From Myxococcota bacterium (GTDB lineage: Bacteria > Myxococcota > JACRCW01): a DNA stretch of 11,976 bases. Of this stretch, positions 6,298 to 11,976 are shown piece after piece. The first letter of the stretch is position 1. Every line of letters starts with the position of its first letter. The translations under genes and the position numbers were made by a program. The stretch lies in assembly GCA_040752415.1 (NCBI GenBank), contig JBFMGU010000308.1, positions 1-11,976 on the forward strand. Reading direction: 5' to 3'. The notes beneath the pieces are model-generated. The model did no database searches, had not been told where the DNA came from, and worked only from the letters and a program-made list of their open reading frames with translations.

Positions 6298-8178
6298 TCA
6301 GGGAGGAGCCGCGGGCAGGATGAGGCGGAACTCGCTGCCCACTCCCACCTGGCTGCGGACCCGGATCTCCCCGCCCAGCGCCCGGATGATGTTGTGGCAG
6401 ACCGAGAGCCCCAGCCCGGTGCCTTGCCCCACCGGCTTGGTGGTGAAGAAGGGGTCGAAGATCCGCCTGAGGTTCTCCGGCGGGATGCCCACACCGGTGT
6501 CGGCAATGGACACCACCACCCGGTCTCCCTCGGTGAAGGTGCGCACGTGGATCTCCCTGGGCTCGCGGCCTTCCGGGATGGCCTGCGCGGCGTTCACCAG
6601 CACGTTGAGGAACACCTGGCCCAGGCGGGATTCATTGGCCACCACGGGTGGCGTGGCGCCCACCTCCTTGACCAGGCGCGCGCGCTGCCGGATCACGTTC
6701 CCGGCCATGTTGATGGCGGATTCCAGCACGCGCTCCACCCGCACGCGGCCCGCGGTGTCCTCGTCGGCGCGGGAGAACGTCTTGAGGTCCCGCACGATGT
6801 TGCGCACCCGGCCCGCGCCGTCGCGCGCGTCGCCCAGGGCCTCACCCAGCTCCCGCAGGCGCTCCCGCGCGGTGTCCAGCGCCGTGGCCGCGGCGGGGGA
6901 CACGTTGCCCACCTGCGCCAGGAGGAGGTCCGCCACCTCCTGGGCGCTTCGTGAGGCATAGTCCAGATTCGCGTCAACATAGGTCAGGGGATTGTTGACC
7001 TCATGCCCCACGCCCGCGGCCAGCGTGCCAACGGAGACCATCCGGTCCACCTGCATGAGCTGGGCGGCCAGCTGCTTGCGCGCGGTGGTCTCCAGCAGCA
7101 GGCCCACCACGCTGGGGAGCCCGTCAAAGGTGACGGGGATGGCGGTGATATCCAGGAAGCCCACGCTGCCGTCGCGCCGGAGGAACTGCTGGTCCTCCAG
7201 GTGGCACGCGCGCTGGGTGTCCAGCACCTCGCCCAGTGGCGCTGCGGCGGGCGCGCCGTCCCGTGCCACCACGTCCATCAGCGGACGGCCCAGCACCTCG
7301 CCCGGGTGCGCCGCGCCCACCAGCGCGCAGTAGGCGCGGTTCACGTAATGCAGCACCCCGCCACGCATCACGGCCACCGCAAACGGCGCCTGCTCGATGA
7401 GCGCGCGGAAGCTGGCCTCCGAGCGACGCAACGCCTCCTCCACCCGGAGCCGCTGCGTGATGTCGCGGTGCGTGGCAATGAAGTGGCTGGGCCCCTCGTC
7501 GGGCGCAGGGGGAGCGGCGGCGGAGCGGGGCGCGCGCAGGGGCACCACGGTGAGCTCCGCGTCATAACGCGTGCCGTCCTGGCGCCGGTTCTCCACCACG
7601 CCCCGCCACACGCCACCCTCCCGGATGGTGCGCCACAGGTCGCGGTGCACGGCGGGGTCGGTGGTTCCCTTGAGCACGCGCGGTGTCTGCCCCAGCACCT
7701 CCGCGCGGGTGTACCCGTTCTGCGCGCTGAAGGCCTGGTTGACGAAGAGGATGGTGCCCCGCGCGTCGGTGATCACCAGCGGGTCGGCCACCGCGTCCAG
7801 GGCGCGCGCCAGGAGCCCCACGGGATCCTCCCCGCGCTGGCGCTGGGTGACGTCGCGCAACACCGCGGCCGCCACGCCGTCGGCGCCGGAGCACATGGTG
7901 CATTCCACGGCAAACGCGCTGCCGTCCGCCCTCCGTCCCTCCACCAGGCACGCGCAGGGGCCCCCGGCAAAAGCGGGACACCGTCCCTCCCTTGGCTGGC
8001 ACGGTGCGCCCGCGGGCACGCCCAGCAGCTCCGCGTAACGGGCGCCCACCAGCTCCCCCCGCTCCCGACCCAACAGCTCCGTGGCGGAGGCGTTGGCAAA
8101 CCGCACCACCCCGTCCGATCCCACCACCACAATCGCCGCCGCCACGTCCTGCGCCTGGAGCGAGCTGAGCTGTTTCAT
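6298..8178 (-). CDS. Cytoplasmic sensor histidine kinase with three PAS domains (Cys-rich PAS, NifL-like PAS, third PAS) and no receiver
   Basis: H-box GHEVNNPLTYV, N-box QVFLNVLVNAAQAI, DTGVGI, FDPFFTTKPVGQGTGLGL. Three PAS cores (FANASA, FVNQAF, YVNRAY). Start placed at ATG 8178 (MKQLSS) because the 160 upstream codons of the ORF call look non-protein-like and overlap the receiver gene. Confidence 0.92.
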   Translation of the reverse strand: MKQLSSLQAQDVAAAIVVVGSDGVVRFANASATELLGRERGELVGARYAELLGVPAGAPCQPREGRCPAFAGGPCACLVEGRRADGSAFAVECTMCSGADGVAAAVLRDVTQRQRGEDPVGLLARALDAVADPLVITDARGTILFVNQAFSAQNGYTRAEVLGQTPRVLKGTTDPAVHRDLWRTIREGGVWRGVVENRRQDGTRYDAELTVVPLRAPRSAAAPPAPDEGPSHFIATHRDITQRLRVEEALRRSEASFRALIEQAPFAVAVMRGGVLHYVNRAYCALVGAAHPGEVLGRPLMDVVARDGAPAAAPLGEVLDTQRACHLEDQQFLRRDGSVGFLDITAIPVTFDGLPSVVGLLLETTARKQLAAQLMQVDRMVSVGTLAAGVGHEVNNPLTYVDANLDYASRSAQEVADLLLAQVGNVSPAAATALDTARERLRELGEALGDARDGAGRVRNIVRDLKTFSRADEDTAGRVRVERVLESAINMAGNVIRQRARLVKEVGATPPVVANESRLGQVFLNVLVNAAQAIPEGREPREIHVRTFTEGDRVVVSIADTGVGIPPENLRRIFDPFFTTKPVGQGTGLGLSVCHNIIRALGGEIRVRSQVGVGSEFRLILPAAPP

Positions 8179-8191
8179 GACCCGGCTCGGC

Positions 8192-8207
8192 AGCAAGAAC
8201 TGCGCCC
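8192..8207 (-). promoter_or_regulatory. Putative sigma54 (-24/-12) promoter for the 3xPAS kinase
   Basis: Minus strand reads GGGCGCA-GTTC-TTGCT: correct GG-N10-GC spacing and a perfect TTGCT, but an imperfect -24 box versus TGGCACG. Confidence 0.4.
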
Positions 8208-8518
8208 GTCCCGTCGTGCACCGCAACGTGTGCCGCGTGCCCCAACGGTGGCCCCTCGTCGTGAGCCAGCGGGTACGGCACCGGCGCTGGGGCCGGGCGG
8301 GAGGCCGGAAGCAACGCGTGGACGGCATGCAGAGGCTGCGTCCGGTGCTGGCAAGAGGTGCGCGAGGGGATGGGTGGCGCGCAGGATTTCCGTGTTGGGC
8401 CGGGGACCACGGCGCACCGTGGGATCCCGACGTGGAAGGGGTGGAACGCTTGGCATGCGGTGGTGCTCGTCGCACGCGCGCCCGAGCTTGAGCCAGGCTC
8501 TCCCCCGGGGCCGCGGGC

Positions 8519-8956
8519 TCAGGGGCAGGTGGCCACCGCCGCGGGCGTCCACGCTTCCCGCAGGCTGCGCAACGCGTGCTCCACCCAGCGGAAGAGCGCG
8601 TCGAGCTCAAAGGGCTTGTGCAGGCAGCCCAGGGGCTGACGGGCCAGGAACTCGCCACGCGCGTCCCCGGGCAGCAGCGCGGTGATGAACACCATCCGAC
8701 GCGCCAGCTCCGGCGCGCGTTTCTCGAGATGGGCCAGCAGGTCGGGCCCCGCCATGTTGGGCATGAGCACGTCGCAGACGATCAGCGCATAGGACGGGTC
8801 CCGCTGCAGCCGCTCCAACGCCTGCACGCCACCTCCCACGCTGTCCACGTCGTACTTCAGGGACAGCAGGCGGTGCAGCGCCGCACGCATCAGGTCGTCG
8901 TCGTCAATGATGAGCAGGCGCGGACGGGACTTCGGGCCGGCGGGGAGGGAGGGCAT
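8519..8956 (-). CDS. Single-domain response regulator (receiver only), about 145 aa
   Basis: LLIIDDD, VCDVLMPNMAG (phospho-acceptor Asp), VFIT, HKPF. ATG 8956 is preceded by GGAG, so it is preferred over the ORF-track start at 9139. Confidence 0.9.
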   Translation of the reverse strand: MPSLPAGPKSRPRLLIIDDDDLMRAALHRLLSLKYDVDSVGGGVQALERLQRDPSYALIVCDVLMPNMAGPDLLAHLEKRAPELARRMVFITALLPGDARGEFLARQPLGCLHKPFELDALFRWVEHALRSLREAWTPAAVATCP

Positions 8957-8984
8957 GGGGGGCTCCAGGGACCGCCCGCCGTTG

Positions 8985-9001
8985 AGCAGCGTCCGTGCCA
9001 G
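8985..9001 (-). promoter_or_regulatory. Putative sigma54 (-24/-12) promoter upstream of the receiver gene
   Basis: Minus strand reads CTGGCACG-GACG-CTGCT: perfect -24 box, GG-N10-GC spacing, one mismatch in TTGC. It lies about 30 nt upstream of ATG 8956. Confidence 0.65.
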
Positions 9002-9092
9002 CACCCCGGGGCGCACTCCGCCGGCGGCAGGGGCCGCTCCGGCGCGAAGTGTTTTCGTCCTGCCGCTGCGGAGCGCGGGGCGGTGCGCGGGT

Positions 9093-9407
9093 TCAGCGCG
9101 GCGCGGAGGGGGCGCGCCGACGCAACCGCAACCGCTCATCCCGCCGGATGGCGCGCAGGTGCAGCGCGGTCTGGGCGAACAGGAGCGCCGGGATCCCGTC
9201 TCCTTCGCCGCGGCGGTAGGACTCCACCACGGCCATCAGCCTCAGGGCGTCGTCGTCAAAGACGTGGAGCACGCGCGGCACCTTGCCCTCCACCGCCACC
9301 AGCCCCGTGCGACGACACCCGCGCAGCACCAGGTATGCCGCCAGGTGGTCGTCGCGGGTCTCGAACACCATGGTCCCGCGTTTCTCCGACGATGCCTTCC
9401 GGCCCAT
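9093..9407 (-). CDS. Small hypothetical protein, DUF5659-like
   Basis: FETRDDHLAAYLVLRG...RVLHVF resembles from memory the DUF5659 pattern (F.T.D..LAAYL...G....rv.FvF). Codons end mostly in G/C and the C-terminus is basic. The start is either ATG 9407 or ATG 9371. Confidence 0.65.
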   Translation of the reverse strand: MGRKASSEKRGTMVFETRDDHLAAYLVLRGCRRTGLVAVEGKVPRVLHVFDDDALRLMAVVESYRRGEGDGIPALLFAQTALHLRAIRRDERLRLRRRAPSAPR

Positions 9408-9599
9408 GCTCACTTCCCGGGCAGGGCAGCTGATGCCTAATGCCCCGTGGCTTTCCCGCGACATCGCGTGCCACGCCGGAACCCGGCAGCACAAGCTCAA
9501 AGTGTCTCTTGCCGGCGGCGCGCCTCCCGTTAGCTATGGCAGACCGGGGATGTCCGGCATGCGTCCGGCAGCTGGCTCCCCGACTGCGGAACCGTCAGC

Positions 9600-9968
9600 T
9601 CAACCCTTCGGCTGGCGTCGGACCTGGAAGGGGGCAACCGCGGTGACCACGTCCTGAAGGGTGAAGGGCTTGGTGAGGATGCCCACGGTGTGCTCTTCGG
9701 TTCCGGTCCAGCTTCCGCTCATCATCAGCACGGGAACCGGCTGCAGCGCGGGTTGTTCCAGCATGCGACGGCGGGCCCGCAGCCCGTCCAGCACCGGCAT
9801 GTCCACGTCGAGAATGCACAGGTCGGGCACTTGCCGTTGCATCTGCAACAGCGCCTCCTCGCCGTGGCATGCCTCCAGGACCCGCCAGCCCTCGCGGGTG
9901 AGCAGGCGACGCAGCAGCTCGCGGATCTGCGGGTCGTCGTCCACCACGAGCACGGTTGGCACGTGCAC
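9600..9968 (-). CDS. Single-domain CheY-like response regulator
   Basis: VLVVDDDPQIR, ILDVDMPVLDG (phospho-acceptor Asp), LMMSG, TKPF. GTG start at 9968 or 9962 after purine-rich GGGAAGGGG. Confidence 0.92.
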   Translation of the reverse strand: MHVPTVLVVDDDPQIRELLRRLLTREGWRVLEACHGEEALLQMQRQVPDLCILDVDMPVLDGLRARRRMLEQPALQPVPVLMMSGSWTGTEEHTVGILTKPFTLQDVVTAVAPFQVRRQPKG

Positions 9969-10010
9969 CCCTTCCCGGGACTCTCAGTTGGAGGCCGGTC
10001 AACGGCCAAC

Positions 10011-10048
10011 GTCTAGCCTGGAACCACTTCAACACCAAATGTCTAGCC
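10011..10048. promoter_or_regulatory. Direct repeat GTCTAGCC x2 (30-bp period) in the divergent receiver/XRE intergenic region; candidate operator
   Basis: Exact copies at 10011-10018 and 10041-10048, each preceded by CCAAC or CCAAAT, in a locally AT-richer spacer. Confidence 0.45.
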
Positions 10049-10112
10049 CCGTGGGTTCACCCATATCCAGAAGTCCTGGGCGCAACCGACGTGGAGCGCG
10101 TAAACGCCCGCC

Positions 10113-10463
10113 ATGGCCTCGGTCACGCTGAAGGAGCTGGGCAAGCGCCTGGCAGATCTGCGCAAGCGGGCGGGCCTCTCCCAGGCCCAGGTGGCCGAGC
10201 GCCTGGGCGTCACCAACGAGACCATCAGCCGCGTGGAGCGCGGGGTGCAGTGGACGGACTTCTCCATCCTGGCGGGGATGGCGGAGCTCTACAGCGTGCC
10301 GTGGGGCGACCTGCTGGCGGTGTTCCCCGAGGACGGAAACACGCCGCGCCAGGCGGCCATCCAGGAGATTGTGGAGATGCTGCGCGGCCGCCCGCTCTCC
10401 GACGTGGAGCTGGTCCGCGACATGGTCCGGGTGCTGGTGCGGCGGCGCACGCGCAGCGGCTGA
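10113..10463 (+). CDS. XRE/Cro-CI family helix-turn-helix transcriptional regulator
   Basis: LGKRLADLRKRAGLSQAQVAERLGVTNETISRVERG is a classic HTH_3 signature, followed by a short helical C-terminal extension. Confidence 0.93.
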   Translation: MASVTLKELGKRLADLRKRAGLSQAQVAERLGVTNETISRVERGVQWTDFSILAGMAELYSVPWGDLLAVFPEDGNTPRQAAIQEIVEMLRGRPLSDVELVRDMVRVLVRRRTRSG

Positions 10464-10624
10464 CCGGCGTTGCCCGCGCCCCTCCCAACGGCGCCCCGGT
10501 GGGGCGGGATACGCACAACCCGGGTTGCCGGTCCGTGGTGAGCCTTGAGCGCCACGACGGGATCACCCTGGTGGCACCCGGCCCCTTCGTTACCGTCGAC
10601 GCACCAGGCGGACGGAGGCTCATC

Positions 10625-10723
10625 ATGGAAGAGGAGAGGAACCTGACGCCGTACGTGTGCGCGGTGCTCTTCGTGGTCGACGTGGCCTACGCGCTTTGGA
10701 ACCTGTCACACCTGCTGGGCTGA
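10625..10723 (+). CDS. Small single-pass membrane protein, 32 aa (MEEERNLTPYVCAVLFVVDVAYALWNLSHLLG)
   Basis: GGAGG at 10614-10618, 6 nt before ATG 10625. 29 of 32 codons end in G/C. Acidic N-terminus followed by one hydrophobic helix. It is the tail of the otherwise spurious ORF 9956-10723. Confidence 0.7.
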   Translation: MEEERNLTPYVCAVLFVVDVAYALWNLSHLLG

Positions 10724-10801
10724 GCGGCCGCGCACCGGCTCTGAAGGCCGGCGCCCCGGACCCCGGGCCATCCGGCGGCGCGCCGCCCGGGCCCGCGCGG
10801 G

Positions 10802-11971
10802 TCACTTGCTGAAGTTGAACCGCGTGGCCCGACGCAGGCCCCCCGCCTGCGGCGCGGGCGCGGCTGGCTTGGGCTCTTCCGCCGCCGTCACCATGACCTT
10901 GAGCTCCTCCATGCGCTCGAACCCCATGGCGTCGACGCCGAGGAGCAGCAGCCGGTACTCCCCGGGCTGGAACAGGCGCAGTCCGTACTTGCCCTTCTCC
11001 GCCAGCGGCGCAAGCTGGTAGCCGCTCCGGCCCCCGCCCTTCACCGCGAACGAGGTGATGCGCAGCTCCTCCGGGTACTCGATGGTGATCATCTCCTTCA
11101 CCCGGCCCTGGAGGATGCGCCGCCCGCTGGTGAACCGGCACTTCGTCGTCGGGAGGAAGCGGTCGTCGATCTCGATGATCTTCTCCCGCACCTCCAGCGG
11201 GTAGATGGACCCGATCCCGATGCTCCCGCTGAAATCCTTGAACGCGCGCCCGCCGAACTCCGGGCCCAGCGCCAGGAACGTGCGCGCCAGGTACTCCACC
11301 ACGCCTGGTCGCTCCTGCCCCCGTTCGATGAGGCGTCCCGCCAACACCAGCAGGTGCTTGGCCACGCGGGAGGGCGTCCCCAGGCTCTGCCGCATTTGCG
11401 CCGGGTCCTGCAGCACCAGCGCGCCAAAGACCCGGTGCTCCGCGGTGGGGTCCTGCAGGACCTTGGCAATGGACGAAAGCAGGTGCTGTTCGTGCGCCGG
11501 GCTGTTGGGCTCGACGAGCAGCTCGTTCTCCGGAGCGGCGAGCTCGGCGCTGGGTTGGTCGGTGGGCTCCTCGCTCTCCTGCCGCGGGCGCAGCTTGGGA
11601 CGACGGCGCTCATCCTGCGGCTTGTCCTCCACCTCGACCTTGTCGCGGGGCGCCTGCACCAGGTCGGTGAGCACCACCTCCGCCGGGTTGCGCTCCGCCT
11701 GCGCGGTGGCCGACTGCACCTGCGCCATCCGCTCCTTCAGCGCCGCGTTCTGCTCCCCCACCTCCTGCGCCTTGGCCGTGGCCCCGCCCTGCGCCTCCAC
11801 GCTCTTGGCGCGTCGCTCCAGGTACTCCGCGTCGTGGTCCTGGTAGTCCACGCCCCGGGCCCCGCCCGCCGCGCCCTTCACCAGGTTCTTGGTCTGGAAC
11901 CCGCGGTGGAAGTCCCGCGCCGCGTGCGCGCGCAGGGAACCTCCTGCCAAGGGCTTCTTGATTTCCGACAT
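10802..11971 (-). CDS. Hypothetical protein, 389 aa (charged/coiled-coil N-terminus, helical middle, beta-rich C-terminal domain)
   Basis: Long ORF with strong G/C third-position bias and natural composition (Lys/Glu/Ile/Phe-rich, unlike shadow ORFs). No family recognised. The start lies 5 nt from the window edge and could extend further. Confidence 0.85.
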   Translation of the reverse strand: MSEIKKPLAGGSLRAHAARDFHRGFQTKNLVKGAAGGARGVDYQDHDAEYLERRAKSVEAQGGATAKAQEVGEQNAALKERMAQVQSATAQAERNPAEVVLTDLVQAPRDKVEVEDKPQDERRRPKLRPRQESEEPTDQPSAELAAPENELLVEPNSPAHEQHLLSSIAKVLQDPTAEHRVFGALVLQDPAQMRQSLGTPSRVAKHLLVLAGRLIERGQERPGVVEYLARTFLALGPEFGGRAFKDFSGSIGIGSIYPLEVREKIIEIDDRFLPTTKCRFTSGRRILQGRVKEMITIEYPEELRITSFAVKGGGRSGYQLAPLAEKGKYGLRLFQPGEYRLLLLGVDAMGFERMEELKVMVTAAEEPKPAAPAPQAGGLRRATRFNFSK

Positions 11972-11976
11972 GGCAG

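Noticed and set aside
8179..8658. 160-aa N-terminal extension of the minus-strand kinase in the ORF track
   Set aside because: Low-complexity Arg/Pro/Ala sequence that overlaps the receiver gene. The first PAS begins right after Met at 8178.
9458..9474. TGGCACG on the minus strand upstream of the DUF5659-like gene as a sigma54 promoter
   Set aside because: The GG-to-GC spacing is 11 rather than the required 10, and there is no TTGC.
9979..9989. GACT-CTC-AGTT resembling a restriction-modification C-box next to the XRE gene
   Set aside because: It is imperfect and single, the XRE recognition helix (TNETIS) differs from the C-protein HRTY type, and no R-M genes are in the window.
9956..10624. 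255-aa ORF 9956-10723
   Set aside because: It overlaps the XRE gene out of frame. Only the last 32 codons, which have their own RBS, look coding.
10774..10787. Perfect palindrome GGCGGCGCGCCGCC between convergent genes as an intrinsic terminator
   Set aside because: There is no U-tract on either strand, and an all-GC palindrome is weak evidence at this base composition.

Overview
Very GC-rich bacterial DNA whose gene style (Cys-rich lipoproteins, PDAG linkers, PAS kinases, stand-alone receivers, sigma54-like promoters) suggests Myxococcota; this taxonomic call is inference. From left to right: (1) the C-terminal membrane tail of an upstream gene; (2) a lipoprotein with a Cys-rich head and a beta-propeller-like body; (3) an unusual exported protein fusing a YceI-like lipid/quinone-binding barrel to four c-type heme motifs; (4) two convergent PAS histidine kinases, one hybrid and one carrying a Cys-rich PAS plus a NifL-like FAD-type PAS; (5) two single-domain receivers flanking a small DUF5659-like gene; (6) a divergent XRE regulator; (7) a 32-aa single-pass membrane peptide whose likely true start the ORF track misses; (8) a 389-aa hypothetical protein. 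The best candidate for an undescribed system is the YceI-tetraheme cytochrome c fusion, a possible quinone-to-heme electron conduit, sitting next to a putative redox-sensing phosphorelay. No rRNA, tRNA, CRISPR array or transposase is visible. All domain calls are by eye and no searches were run.
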